DNA of 64,000 nt from TPA_inf: Saccharomyces. Taxonomy: Eukaryota. Shown piece after piece: positions 1 to 10,936 of the stretch (positions are counted from its first letter, which is position 1; each line of letters opens with the position of its first letter). The notes below the pieces were generated by a model. The model was not told the DNA's origin, did no database searches, and worked only from the letters and a program-made list of their open reading frames with translations. The stretch is taken from positions 224,001 through 288,000 of the forward strand of contig BK006939.2 of the NCBI GenBank assembly GCA_000146045.2, read 5' to 3'. A program made the position numbers and the translations under genes.

Positions 1-1199
1 AATGAAATATCATCGAATGCTAAAACTGGTGGTGGCAATCTTTCCACTTGTGGGAATCTAAATGAGAAAACTTTGTCAGGGACGACAGGTTGGACTAAAC
101 CATCTGCTTCCATCTTGTCCAAAATTTTTTGTCTAGATTTAGCTTGTTTCACCAAGTTAGCATAAGTACCAGCAGATGCAATGAATTTTTTAATATGTTG
201 GATTTCCTCTTGTTGTTTATTGTATTGTTTCATTTGATTGGTTTCCAATTCGGATCTTGTCTTGTGATAAGAATCATAGTTACCACCGTAAGCAGTTAGT
301 TTTTGAGCTCTCATGTCAATCATATTGGTACAAACACCGTTCAAGAAATCTTGAGAGTGGGACACCAAAACTAAAGTTCTGTCAAATCTCTTCAAATATT
401 CTTCTAACCAAACACAAGCTTCCAAATCCAGATGCGCAGTAGGATCATCCAACAATAATAGAGTTGGCTTAACGAAAAGAGCTTTTGCCAACGCAACACG
501 CATTTTCCATCCACCAGACATATCTTTGGTTTTCTTCAAAATGGTCTTCTTGTTGAAACCTAGACCGATCAAAATGATAGCAGCTCTAGATTCAAAGGTG
601 TCTGGATCCAAAGAGTCCATTCTTTCATATAGAGGCTCTAATAACTCGGACTCAGGACCATCTTCCAAGATAGTCTTTTCGACTAAGTCTTCTATTCTTT
701 TCAATTCGTGTTGAGCTTCAGTGACAACGTAGTCCAAGGCCGACAATTCACTTGGTTCCGCAGGTTCGTCCAATAAATAAATATCAATATGCTCAGGAAT
801 AGGATATTCTCTAGTAGCAAGAGCCTTTAAGAATGTTGACTTACCACAACCATTTTCTCCCAGAAGACCATATCTACGGCCGTAGTTTAATTCTAAACCA
901 GAATCTTGGATCAAAACTTTACCGTGGAACAGTAAAGAAACAGAAGATAGCTTGATATCACGGGAAGTCTCCAATGAACTCAAAACACCAGTGACAACAC
1001 GATCTGAAAGACCATCCTTATCTTGTTGCAACTTCATCATCTTGATTTCTCTAGCGGCTGCATCTACCTCCGATTCTTCAGCAGCAGCCTCCTTTTTTCT
1101 ACCTAGCTTTCTGATGGTTTTACCGGCAGCGGCTTTCTTAGCCTCTCTTTCAGCTTTCTTAGCATCTCTCTTGGCCTTTGACGCAGATACTGGTGGCAT
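1..1199 (-). CDS. ARB1: ABC-F family ATPase, N-terminal ~400 aa (5' part of gene; 3' end lies left of window)
   Basis: The minus-strand frame is open from the window edge to the ATG at 1197-1199. Translation begins MPPVSASKAKRDAKKAEREAKKAAAGKTIRKLGRKKEAAAEE. A Walker-A motif GENGCGKST is encoded near 845-880, along with ABC signature-like motifs. This matches yeast Arb1 from memory. Confidence 0.85.
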   Translation of the reverse strand, partial: MPPVSASKAKRDAKKAEREAKKAAAGKTIRKLGRKKEAAAEESEVDAAAREIKMMKLQQDKDGLSDRVVTGVLSSLETSRDIKLSSVSLLFHGKVLIQDSGLELNYGRRYGLLGENGCGKSTFLKALATREYPIPEHIDIYLLDEPAEPSELSALDYVVTEAQHELKRIEDLVEKTILEDGPESELLEPLYERMDSLDPDTFESRAAIILIGLGFNKKTILKKTKDMSGGWKMRVALAKALFVKPTLLLLDDPTAHLDLEACVWLEEYLKRFDRTLVLVSHSQDFLNGVCTNMIDMRAQKLTAYGGNYDSYHKTRSELETNQMKQYNKQQEEIQHIKKFIASAGTYANLVKQAKSRQKILDKMEADGLVQPVVPDKVFSFRFPQVERLPPPVLAFDDIS

Positions 1200-1568
1200 A
1201 TTTGGTTCTGTCAAGTTACTGTTTGTAGCACTGAGGGGAAGAAAACAATTTTTGCAAGAAAAAAGTTAAGAAAGAAGAAGAAAAACTACACGGGCACTAA
1301 CATGTTAAATATGATAATATTTTTTTTTATAAGAGAATCACTACCAAGTTACCTGAACTACGTCAAGGAAAAGCCATTAATTGAGATGAGGTGAACGAAG
1401 AAAAAAAAAAAGAAAAAAATTTTTATTTTTTTTTCCATCGGTCTCCCCCCTCACCTTTCTTTTTTCATTCGTTTAAAGTGAGATTAGGGTAATGCATTTC
1501 GTATTTAGTGAGTAAACGTCAAAGGTGATATAGGGGGTTTTTCTTTTTCCAGAAAAAGAAAGAAAAAA

Positions 1569-1586
1569 GCCGGCGGTCGCCGCCGG
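1569..1586. promoter_or_regulatory. GC-rich near-perfect palindrome GCCGGCGGTCGCCGCCGG in the divergent ARB1/PHM8 promoter (CGG...CCG half-sites; possible Zn2Cys6 factor site)
   Basis: Direct reading shows CCGGCGG-tcg-CCGCCGG inverted half-sites. An 18-bp all-GC block is unusual in an otherwise AT-rich intergenic region. Confidence 0.3.
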
Positions 1587-1613
1587 AGATGGTTGAGAAA
1601 AAAAGGGGGCAGC

Positions 1614-1619
1614 AACGTG
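1614..1619. promoter_or_regulatory. CACGTT/AACGTG E-box (Pho4-type low-affinity motif) about 270 bp upstream of PHM8
   Basis: AACGTG is read at 1614-1619. PHM8 is a PHO-regulated gene by established knowledge, but the motif alone is weak evidence. Confidence 0.25.
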
Positions 1620-1783
1620 CTTCACATACAAACCAAGTTCTTGGATCTGTACGATCGTTTCTGCGGGTTTTTCCGTATTTGCCGCAATACTGAAATGGCT
1701 CATTATTAGGAGATGTGCATATAATGTATATACATACATTTAGCATATGTAATACATTCGTACATGTATAGAAATATATGTTT

Positions 1784-1806
1784 ATATATATATATATATA
1801 TATATG
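1784..1806. repeat. (TA)n dinucleotide microsatellite in PHM8 promoter
   Basis: tatatatatatatatatatatat read directly. Confidence 0.9.
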
Positions 1807-1888
1807 TATATACGAACTCGGTTTAACGCATAGTTGGTAAAAGATTTAATGTAGATAAAAAACACATAAGTTTTATACGCACGTAATC

Positions 1889-2854
1889 ATGACTATCGCT
1901 AAAGATTACAGAACAATTTATAGAAACCAAATCAAAAAGCAGATACGACTAAATCAGGAGCATTTGCAAAGCTTGACACATCTAGGCTCACAAATCAATT
2001 TCGAGGTGGATCCTCCCAAATTACCGGATCCGGATCCTGCTCGAAAAGTATTTTTCTTTGATATCGATAACACTTTGTACAGAAAATCTACGAAGGTACA
2101 ATTGCTCATGCAACAATCATTATCAAATTTCTTTAAATACGAATTGGGGTTTGACGACGATGAGGCAGAACGCCTAATCGAATCGTATTATCAAGAATAT
2201 GGATTATCCGTGAAAGGTTTAATAAAGAATAAACAAATTGATGACGTCCTACAATATAATACATTCATCGATGATTCCTTACCTTTGCAAGACTATTTAA
2301 AGCCTGATTGGAAGTTAAGGGAGCTGCTGATCAATTTAAAGAAAAAGAAGCTCGGCAAATTTGACAAACTATGGCTGTTTACAAACTCGTACAAAAATCA
2401 TGCCATCAGATGTGTTAAAATATTAGGTATTGCTGATCTATTTGACGGCATAACCTATTGCCACTACGACAGACCCATCGAGGAAGAATTCATTTGCAAG
2501 CCAGATCCAAAATTCTTCGAAACAGCTAAATTGCAAAGTGGGTTGTCGAGCTTTGCAAATGCCTGGTTTATTGATGACAACGAAAGCAATGTGCGGAGCG
2601 CGTTGAGCATGGGGATGGGCCATGTTATCCATTTGATAGAGGATTACCAATATGAGTCAGAAAATATTGTTACTAAGGACCACAAAAATAAGCAACAATT
2701 TTCCATATTGAAAGATATCCTTGAGATTCCATTGATAATGGACGTTGAAGTTTACCGTCCATCCTCTATTGCCATAAAGGAAATGGAAGAGTTGGAAGAG
2801 GAAGGGGAAGCAGTCAACTGGTCAAATCAACAGATCAATGTTCAGTCATCATGA
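1889..2854 (+). CDS. PHM8: HAD-superfamily lysophosphatidic acid phosphatase / nucleotidase, 321 aa
   Basis: Complete ORF. The HAD motif I FFFDIDNTLY (DxDxT) is present. The 321-aa length and its position between ARB1 and KRE29 match YER037W. Confidence 0.9.
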   Translation: MTIAKDYRTIYRNQIKKQIRLNQEHLQSLTHLGSQINFEVDPPKLPDPDPARKVFFFDIDNTLYRKSTKVQLLMQQSLSNFFKYELGFDDDEAERLIESYYQEYGLSVKGLIKNKQIDDVLQYNTFIDDSLPLQDYLKPDWKLRELLINLKKKKLGKFDKLWLFTNSYKNHAIRCVKILGIADLFDGITYCHYDRPIEEEFICKPDPKFFETAKLQSGLSSFANAWFIDDNESNVRSALSMGMGHVIHLIEDYQYESENIVTKDHKNKQQFSILKDILEIPLIMDVEVYRPSSIAIKEMEELEEEGEAVNWSNQQINVQSS

Positions 2855-2857
2855 CTG

Positions 2858-4261
2858 TTACCTGATTTTAGAAAACAAATTTAATATTCCCTTCAGGATA
2901 GAAATTTCAACATCATTTGTCGTTTCATTAGAAATATCCAAAATACAATCTTTGAAATATTCTGTTACTTGACATTTGGGACCAAAAGGAATAAATTTCG
3001 AGCCATACATCGTTAAAATAAAATATAGTAGATTTTTATAGTTTTTACAATCAAAAAATTCGTTAAACTCTTTGATTATATTTTGCTGTATAGTTTCAGT
3101 CCGACCTTGCTTTTCACTAAAGCGTCTCCTGAGCAAGGCGCTTTGTAAATGAGGGAAGATTTGTAGTAGCCTATAATGTAAAAAAAAGTCGTTCTTGTCC
3201 ACAATTTCGAAATATGAATTTATGAAATGTGCCTCATTAAATAATTCCAGGACCTTAAAACACAGTCTATGGTCCGATTCCATAGCGTTAAAAACCTTTC
3301 TATCCAAGATTAAACATATGAAGGCTTTCAGAAAGAATTCTCTAACATCATCATTATCATCATCACTATAAAAATACATTAGGAATTTGAGCATTTTGTT
3401 AACGGGGAAAATTGTGCATAAATTATCATATCTAGAATTTTCCTTTTTCTCGTAGTTGATTTTTAACGAGTTACACTTTTCTTGATTGACGCCAAATAAG
3501 ACCAGTAAATTCGTGATGCTTGGGCATTTCAAGTGAACAAATTCAGGAACTTTTCCTTGCGATCTACTACTACCAAACAGGAATGAATACGCCGTATCTT
3601 TCATTTCCAAATCCATCAATTGCTCGTAATGGCAGTTTTTAGAGATGAAATGCCAATCTTTATATTTATCTGATATGGTTTCCTTGGTAACCACATCCAA
3701 ATAAATTTCTGGGATAGACCCAGAAAACTTTATGCTTTTTTGTAACTCACTTTTGGCTACAGTGTTACTAGTAATAACTATGCTTTTGTTGCTTCTAGGT
3801 GAATCCAATATTTCTTTTTTCAAGTCTTGTAGCTTGGCCACTGTAGTAGTGATCGTATCGTCGAAGCTATCACCTAGATTGAAAATTTTTAAAGGTACGT
3901 AATTGACTAATTTTCTGGGTGTCTTGACAATCTCCTCATCCTCGTTATTACTTGGTGCCTTTCTTTTGGAAATGATGGTTCTTTTTAAGATTGGATCAAA
4001 ATCGTCTCCAGACTCCGCCTTGGCACCAGAAAGATTCAAATCGCTGTTCTCTAGGCTAGAAAACTCTTCGTCGCTATTCAAACTGTCGTTCTCAGGATCA
4101 CTAATAAAGTTGGGATGCACCTTCTCATCGTCATCGTCATCGCGAAAGTAACTTCCCACACTAGTCGGTATCAAAGGAGAATCAAACCCTGAAATTTGTG
4201 AATCTGGCACAGTTTCAAACTCTTCATTCGGTGATGAGTTCACGCTTCCCATTTGTGACAC
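2858..4261 (-). CDS. KRE29: Smc5-Smc6 complex subunit (Nse6-like), 467-aa ORF; the annotated start is probably the second ATG at 4252 (464 aa)
   Basis: Long acidic/Ser-rich ORF. Synteny and length match YER038C. It is convergent with PHM8, and only 3 bp separate the two stop codons. Confidence 0.8.
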   Translation of the reverse strand: MSQMGSVNSSPNEEFETVPDSQISGFDSPLIPTSVGSYFRDDDDDEKVHPNFISDPENDSLNSDEEFSSLENSDLNLSGAKAESGDDFDPILKRTIISKRKAPSNNEDEEIVKTPRKLVNYVPLKIFNLGDSFDDTITTTVAKLQDLKKEILDSPRSNKSIVITSNTVAKSELQKSIKFSGSIPEIYLDVVTKETISDKYKDWHFISKNCHYEQLMDLEMKDTAYSFLFGSSRSQGKVPEFVHLKCPSITNLLVLFGVNQEKCNSLKINYEKKENSRYDNLCTIFPVNKMLKFLMYFYSDDDNDDVREFFLKAFICLILDRKVFNAMESDHRLCFKVLELFNEAHFINSYFEIVDKNDFFLHYRLLQIFPHLQSALLRRRFSEKQGRTETIQQNIIKEFNEFFDCKNYKNLLYFILTMYGSKFIPFGPKCQVTEYFKDCILDISNETTNDVEISILKGILNLFSKIR

Positions 4262-4455
4262 TGCCCTTTTGTGCGTCTAACAAAATTTTATCACTTTATT
4301 GCTATTTACTTGAAAAATTATATATGAATATATTTCATAAAACGATGCTGACATAATATGTAACATAAAAAAAGGAATAACCTAAAACAAATACAAAGAA
4401 GACCCCATATAAATGAATATAAATGTATATTTTGCTTGAGCAAATGAAGAATGTA

Positions 4456-5205
4456 CTACTTCTCAAGAGTAGCTGCTAGAACTTTTTGCTGTTGTATCTT
4501 TTTCTGTTTAGCCACAGCGTACAGCAGGCCAGACAGAAATCCTAGAAAGATAGAAAAGAAGGACAAAAAGTTTTTTGGAGCGTCAAAGAACACCAATCCC
4601 GCCAACGCTATGGGCAATTTGTTCAAAGCACCAACCATAGAATACGTTGTAGAGGAAGTTACACGAACACACCAGCCGGAACAGTACGATATCCCCACGG
4701 ACATGAGCCCACTGATGACCATTGCTGCCAGTGAGTCGGCGGACAAGTTCACAGACAAATTCTTTGTGGACCAATCTTCCATAATGAAGGAAAAGACTAG
4801 CAGCAAAGGCAATGCCAGAACGTTGTTATAAAACATAGTATCATAGTCTTTAAAGTTAGTCAGCCGAATTCTCTTCCGCATAATCAAAACGAACAATGCA
4901 GACGAAATACAATTGGTGAACATCCAGAGGTACCCCGGATTCAACACAAAGATGGTTGACTCAACAAGTTCCTGATCGAGATCCTCCAAAGATGATGCTT
5001 TGATTGCAATGGCCTGCTGATCGCCCCAGGTGGCCACTACAGATGAAAGGACCATCATAATAAATGACGTCAACTCCATAGAAGTGACTTTTCCGCCAAA
5101 GAAGAGGACCTCGCCATAAGCAATGAGAATGATCGTCAGATTCTTGAAAATTGTGTAGATGGGCACGGCAAGGTATTGTAAGCTCTTTGACGACGTATAA
5201 ATCAT
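4456..5205 (-). CDS. HVG1: VRG4-like GDP-mannose transporter, C-terminal ~249 aa (3' piece of a split paralog)
   Basis: The translation [38 protein letters not shown]... aligns with the C-terminal two-thirds of the Golgi GDP-mannose transporter Vrg4, recalled from memory. The frame stays open upstream to 5259 and is then interrupted by a TGA at 5263-5265. Confidence 0.8.
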
Positions 5206-5262
5206 CAATACGAGCAGCAAAGAAATTGGAAACCAGTTTTTTACATCTGTCCTGTTCAAAGA

Positions 5263-5490
5263 TCAAAAATTAGCAACGCCTACAATTCGTAGGATACATA
5301 GCGTCACAGTGCACACCAGTGATTGTACAAACAACATCACAAAGTTCATGTTAAAGTTGTCCAGGTTAACCACGAATTTGTTCGTTACTGTCATCAAAAT
5401 CGAGGACGCGCAGTAAGATAAGATTGAAGCCGGCCCAGAGTTGGCCACTGATTCCGTCCATTCATGCTTATGCTTGCTCATAATTACCAC
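5263..5490 (-). CDS. VRG4-like N-terminal fragment (72-75 aa), in the same frame as HVG1 and separated from it by one TGA
   Basis: The translation [72 protein letters not shown] aligns to the Vrg4 N-terminus. This corresponds to YER039C-A. Its stop TGA at 5263-5265 is in frame with the downstream HVG1 reading frame. Confidence 0.75.
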
Positions 5491-5794
5491 ACCTTCTTGA
5501 TCTCTTTACAGCTTTTCAACCTTCCATTCTTGTACTCTATCTCTACCTGGCCCTTTAAACATTCTTAATATGATATATTCACATTTTTTGCTCTATTACC
5601 CGGCGGACAGGTTCCCGAAAGAAAGTGACATGGCAATGCTGAGAGAGTGGAAAGAGTCATCTTGCAAGACAGAGAAAGATGTTCAAGAGTGGTAAGCTAA
5701 TGTCAGCGCAGTAGCCCATCCCACAATAACAGAGTGTGTAAGAAAGAGAGACGAGAGAGAGCACAGGGCCCCCTTTTCCCCCACCAACAAACAA

Positions 5795-7987
5795 ATGCAA
5801 GACGACCCCGAAAATTCGAAGCTGTACGACCTGCTGAATAGTCATCTGGACGTGCATGGTCGAAGTAATGAAGAGCCGAGACAAACTGGTGACAGTAGGA
5901 GCCAGAGTAGTGGCAACACCGGTGAAAACGAGGAGGATATAGCATTTGCCAGTGGATTAAACGGCGGCACATTCGACTCAATGCTGGAGGCACTGCCCGA
6001 TGATTTATATTTTACGGACTTCGTGTCTCCTTTTACAGCAGCTGCCACGACCAGCGTGACTACTAAGACGGTCAAGGACACCACACCAGCTACCAATCAT
6101 ATGGATGATGATATTGCGATGTTTGATTCACTTGCCACAACTCAGCCCATCGACATAGCCGCATCCAACCAACAAAATGGTGAAATTGCACAACTTTGGG
6201 ACTTTAACGTGGACCAATTCAACATGACGCCCAGCAACTCGAGCGGTTCAGCTACTATTAGTGCTCCTAACAGCTTTACTTCCGACATACCGCAATACAA
6301 CCACGGTTCCCTCGGCAACAGCGTCTCCAAATCCTCACTGTTCCCGTATAATTCCAGCACGTCCAACAGCAACATCAACCAGCCATCTATCAATAACAAC
6401 TCAAATACTAATGCGCAGTCCCACCATTCCTTCAACATCTACAAACTACAAAACAACAACTCATCTTCATCCGCTATGAACATTACCAATAATAATAATA
6501 GCAACAATAGTAATATCCAGCATCCTTTTCTGAAGAAGAGCGATTCGATAGGATTATCTTCATCCAACACAACAAATTCTGTAAGAAAAAACTCACTTAT
6601 CAAGCCAATGTCGTCCACGTCCCTGGCCAATTTCAAAAGAGCTGCCTCAGTATCTTCCAGTATATCCAATATGGAACCATCAGGACAAAATAAAAAACCT
6701 CTGATACAATGTTTCAATTGTAAAACTTTCAAGACACCGCTTTGGAGGAGAAGCCCAGAGGGGAATACTCTTTGCAATGCCTGCGGTCTTTTCCAGAAAT
6801 TACATGGTACCATGAGGCCATTATCCTTAAAATCGGACGTTATCAAAAAGAGGATTTCAAAGAAGAGAGCCAAACAAACGGACCCAAACATTGCACAAAA
6901 TACTCCAAGTGCACCTGCAACTGCCTCAACTTCAGTAACCACTACAAATGCTAAACCCATACGATCGAGGAAAAAATCACTACAACAAAACTCTTTATCT
7001 AGAGTGATACCTGAAGAAATCATTAGAGACAACATCGGTAATACTAATAATATCCTTAATGTAAATAGGGGAGGCTATAACTTCAACTCAGTCCCCTCCC
7101 CGGTCCTCATGAACAGCCAATCGTATAATAGTAGTAACGCAAATTTTAATGGAGCAAGCAATGCAAATTTGAATTCTAATAACTTAATGCGTCACAATTC
7201 GAACACTGTTACTCCTAATTTTAGAAGGTCTTCAAGACGAAGTAGTACTTCATCGAACACCTCAAGTTCCAGTAAATCTTCATCCAGATCTGTTGTTCCG
7301 ATATTACCAAAACCTTCACCTAATAGCGCTAATTCACAGCAGTTCAACATGAACATGAACCTAATGAACACAACAAATAATGTAAGTGCAGGAAATAGTG
7401 TCGCATCCTCACCAAGAATTATATCGTCCGCAAACTTTAACTCAAATAGTCCTCTACAGCAGAATCTATTATCAAATTCTTTCCAACGTCAAGGAATGAA
7501 TATACCAAGAAGAAAGATGTCGCGCAATGCATCGTACTCCTCATCGTTTATGGCTGCGTCTTTGCAACAACTGCACGAACAGCAACAAGTGGACGTGAAT
7601 TCCAACACAAACACGAATTCGAATAGACAGAATTGGAATTCAAGCAATAGCGTTTCAACAAATTCAAGATCATCAAATTTTGTCTCTCAAAAGCCAAATT
7701 TTGATATTTTTAATACTCCTGTAGATTCACCGAGTGTCTCAAGACCTTCTTCAAGAAAATCACATACCTCATTGTTATCACAACAATTGCAGAACTCGGA
7801 GTCGAATTCGTTTATCTCAAATCACAAATTTAACAATAGATTATCAAGTGACTCTACTTCACCTATAAAATATGAAGCAGATGTGAGTGCAGGCGGAAAG
7901 ATCAGTGAGGATAATTCCACAAAAGGATCTTCTAAAGAAAGTTCAGCAATTGCTGACGAATTGGATTGGTTAAAATTTGGTATATGA
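5795..7987 (+). CDS. GLN3: GATA-type zinc-finger transcription activator of nitrogen catabolite repression, 730 aa
   Basis: A GATA finger [30 protein letters not shown] is encoded. The protein is long with Asn/Ser-rich low-complexity stretches. The 730-aa length matches Gln3. Confidence 0.92.
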   Translation: MQDDPENSKLYDLLNSHLDVHGRSNEEPRQTGDSRSQSSGNTGENEEDIAFASGLNGGTFDSMLEALPDDLYFTDFVSPFTAAATTSVTTKTVKDTTPATNHMDDDIAMFDSLATTQPIDIAASNQQNGEIAQLWDFNVDQFNMTPSNSSGSATISAPNSFTSDIPQYNHGSLGNSVSKSSLFPYNSSTSNSNINQPSINNNSNTNAQSHHSFNIYKLQNNNSSSSAMNITNNNNSNNSNIQHPFLKKSDSIGLSSSNTTNSVRKNSLIKPMSSTSLANFKRAASVSSSISNMEPSGQNKKPLIQCFNCKTFKTPLWRRSPEGNTLCNACGLFQKLHGTMRPLSLKSDVIKKRISKKRAKQTDPNIAQNTPSAPATASTSVTTTNAKPIRSRKKSLQQNSLSRVIPEEIIRDNIGNTNNILNVNRGGYNFNSVPSPVLMNSQSYNSSNANFNGASNANLNSNNLMRHNSNTVTPNFRRSSRRSSTSSNTSSSSKSSSRSVVPILPKPSPNSANSQQFNMNMNLMNTTNNVSAGNSVASSPRIISSANFNSNSPLQQNLLSNSFQRQGMNIPRRKMSRNASYSSSFMAASLQQLHEQQQVDVNSNTNTNSNRQNWNSSNSVSTNSRSSNFVSQKPNFDIFNTPVDSPSVSRPSSRKSHTSLLSQQLQNSESNSFISNHKFNNRLSSDSTSPIKYEADVSAGGKISEDNSTKGSSKESSAIADELDWLKFGI

Positions 7988-8460
7988 CCGCGTATTATCA
8001 TTATCATTATTCTTATTATGTTAATAATTACTGAACGGTTGCATTGATAGATTTTCATTACCTCTGACCACAATCCTGAGCATTGGTATTATTTGTTTTG
8101 CTATTTTCAGATCAAATTACTTGTAAAAAAAGAAATGGTAGTATATTGGCATTGAACACTGGCTGTTCTATTTGTATTACTTTTATGTGTAGACATATAT
8201 TATTAGGAATTTGTAATATCACTCTAATTATTATTTGGTATTCTTTCTCTATCTCCCCTGTTTCTTTTGTCTATCTCTTTCTTTTTTTTTTTTAAACGGC
8301 CCTTTTTTAATGGCATTTTCTTTTTCTTATAATGCCCACAGTTGAATAATTTAACTAGCTTTTGACTGACACATAAACAATAATGTATATGGTCCATCCA
8401 ATGAAATGACAGTTCTATTGCATTTTACCTACTTGTATATTCTGGATACTGCACAAGAAA

Positions 8461-10740
8461 ATGGGTGTCTCACAAATATGGGAATTTTTGAAGCCATATC
8501 TGCAAGATTCCAGAATTCCGTTGAGAAAGTTTGTCATAGACTTTAATAAATCGCAAAAAAGAGCTCCAAGAATCGCGATTGACGCATATGGATGGCTATT
8601 TGAGTGTGGATTTATCCAAAATATAGATATAAGCGCCAGATCTAGATCAAGATCAAGGAGTCCTACCCGTTCTCCGCGTGATAGTGATATCGACAGTAGT
8701 CAAGAATATTATGGTAGCAGAAGTTATACAACTACAGGAAAAGCTGTGATAAACTTCATATCTCGATTAAAAGAACTACTGAGTTTAAACGTCGAATTCT
8801 TGCTTGTATTTGACGGAGTTATGAAACCCTCTTTCAAAAGGAAATTTAACCACGAACAGAACGCTACTACTTGTGATGATGAGAAAGAGTACTATTCAAG
8901 CTGGGAACAGCATGTTAAGAATCATGAAGTTTATGGCAATTGTAAAGGATTGCTAGCGCCATCTGACCCTGAGTTCATCAGTCTTGTACGGAAATTATTA
9001 GACTTGATGAACATTTCATATGTAATCGCATGTGGGGAGGGAGAAGCCCAGTGTGTTTGGCTGCAAGTTTCTGGGGCTGTAGATTTCATTTTAAGTAACG
9101 ATTCAGATACTCTCGTATTTGGGGGAGAAAAAATCCTGAAAAATTACTCGAAATTCTACGATGATTTTGGCCCAAGTTCAATAACTTCCCACAGTCCCAG
9201 TAGACATCATGATAGTAAAGAATCTTTTGTTACTGTTATAGATCTACCCAAAATTAATAAAGTAGCAGGGAAGAAGTTTGATCGCCTGTCTCTCTTATTT
9301 TTCAGCGTGCTATTAGGTGCCGATTACAATCGTGGAGTCAAGGGTTTGGGTAAAAACAAATCTTTGCAGTTGGCTCAATGCGAAGATCCTAACTTTTCCA
9401 TGGAATTTTATGACATTTTCAAAGATTTCAATTTAGAAGATTTGACATCAGAAAGTCTGAGGAAGTCTCGGTATAGATTGTTTCAAAAAAGATTATATTT
9501 ATACTGCAAGGATCATTCTGTCGAGCTATTTGGAAGAAATTATCCTGTTTTATTGAATCAAGGTTCATTTGAAGGCTGGCCATCAACTGTCGCAATCATG
9601 CACTATTTTCACCCCATTGTCCAACCATATTTTGATGAAGAAGTTCTCAGTGATAAATACATAAATATGGCTGGAAACGGACACTACAGAAACTTAAATT
9701 TCAATGAACTGAAATATTTTTTACAAAGTTTGAATTTGCCTCAAATTTCTAGCTTCGACAAGTGGTTTCATGATTCTATGCACGAGATGTTTCTATTAAG
9801 AGAATTTTTATCAATTGATGAGTCCGATAATATAGGTAAAGGTAATATGAGGATTACCGAAGAAAAAATTATGAACATAGATGGTGGAAAGTTCCAAATA
9901 CCATGTTTTAAAATACGGTATACAACATTCTTGCCTAATATACCCATTTCTTCTCAATCTCCTTTGAAGCGCAGTAATTCTCCCAGTAGAAGCAAGAGTC
10001 CCACACGACGTCAGATGGATATAATGGAACACCCAAATAGTCTTTGGTTACCCAAATACTTGATACCTCAATCGCATCCATTAGTAATTCAATATTATGA
10101 GACACAGCAACTTATACAGAAAGAAAAAGAGAAGAAAGGTAAAAAATCGAATAAGTCTCGGCTACCACAGAAGAATAACTTGGATGAGTTTTTAAGAAAG
10201 CATACTTCGCCGATTAAAAGTATCGGAAAGGTAGGCGAGTCGAGAAAGGAAATCCTGGAACCTGTGAGAAAAAGGCTTTTTGTAGATACAGACGAAGATA
10301 CTAGTCTGGAAGAAATACCGGCTCCCACAAGACTGACCACCGTCGATGAACACAGCGATAATGACGATGATTCGTTGATTTTTGTAGATGAGATTACAAA
10401 CAGCCAAAGCGTTTTAGATAGTTCACCCGGTAAAAGAATTCGGGATCTTACACAGGACGAACAGGTTGACGTTTGGAAGGACGTAATAGAAATATCACCA
10501 ATAAAAAAGTCAAGAACTACTAATGCTGAGAAAAATCCGCCTGAGTCTGGTTTAAAATCACGCTCAAGCATCACAATCAATGCTCGCCTTCAAGGTACTA
10601 AGATGTTGCCTCCAAACTTGACTGCTCCAAGGTTAGAAAGAGAACACTCCTCTGTCCTTGACCAACTTGTCACAGACGCACAAGATACAGTCGACCGGTT
10701 TGTAGCCTGTGACAGTGATAGCAGTAGCACTATTGAATGA
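8461..10740 (+). CDS. YEN1: XPG/Rad2-family Holliday-junction resolvase, 759 aa
   Basis: An XPG-N domain starts at MGVSQIWEFLKPYL. The 759-aa length and synteny match YER041W. Confidence 0.9.
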   Translation: MGVSQIWEFLKPYLQDSRIPLRKFVIDFNKSQKRAPRIAIDAYGWLFECGFIQNIDISARSRSRSRSPTRSPRDSDIDSSQEYYGSRSYTTTGKAVINFISRLKELLSLNVEFLLVFDGVMKPSFKRKFNHEQNATTCDDEKEYYSSWEQHVKNHEVYGNCKGLLAPSDPEFISLVRKLLDLMNISYVIACGEGEAQCVWLQVSGAVDFILSNDSDTLVFGGEKILKNYSKFYDDFGPSSITSHSPSRHHDSKESFVTVIDLPKINKVAGKKFDRLSLLFFSVLLGADYNRGVKGLGKNKSLQLAQCEDPNFSMEFYDIFKDFNLEDLTSESLRKSRYRLFQKRLYLYCKDHSVELFGRNYPVLLNQGSFEGWPSTVAIMHYFHPIVQPYFDEEVLSDKYINMAGNGHYRNLNFNELKYFLQSLNLPQISSFDKWFHDSMHEMFLLREFLSIDESDNIGKGNMRITEEKIMNIDGGKFQIPCFKIRYTTFLPNIPISSQSPLKRSNSPSRSKSPTRRQMDIMEHPNSLWLPKYLIPQSHPLVIQYYETQQLIQKEKEKKGKKSNKSRLPQKNNLDEFLRKHTSPIKSIGKVGESRKEILEPVRKRLFVDTDEDTSLEEIPAPTRLTTVDEHSDNDDDSLIFVDEITNSQSVLDSSPGKRIRDLTQDEQVDVWKDVIEISPIKKSRTTNAEKNPPESGLKSRSSITINARLQGTKMLPPNLTAPRLEREHSSVLDQLVTDAQDTVDRFVACDSDSSSTIE

Positions 10741-10936
10741 GTTAACGGGCACAGCGTCAAAAAATCCGCCACCACAGTTGATCGCGCCGAAAACGAGGGA
10801 GTTGCGATGAGTAAAATGAAGGGCATATATAAACAAGAGTAGACAGAGACACATTTTTCAATATCATATATATAGATTTAATTGGAAAGACAGTTATATT
10901 CTAACGTCAAAAACTTAACAAGTAAATCAAGTTGCA

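Noticed and set aside
5842-7035. Several 70-200-aa ORFs antisense to or out of frame with GLN3 (5842-6096, 6142-6438, 6439-7035 minus; 6261-6479, 6742-6954 plus)
   Set aside because: They lie wholly inside the GLN3 coding region, have low-complexity translations mirroring GLN3's Asn/Ser repeats, and carry no recognisable motifs. They are a classic artefact of a long compositionally biased gene.
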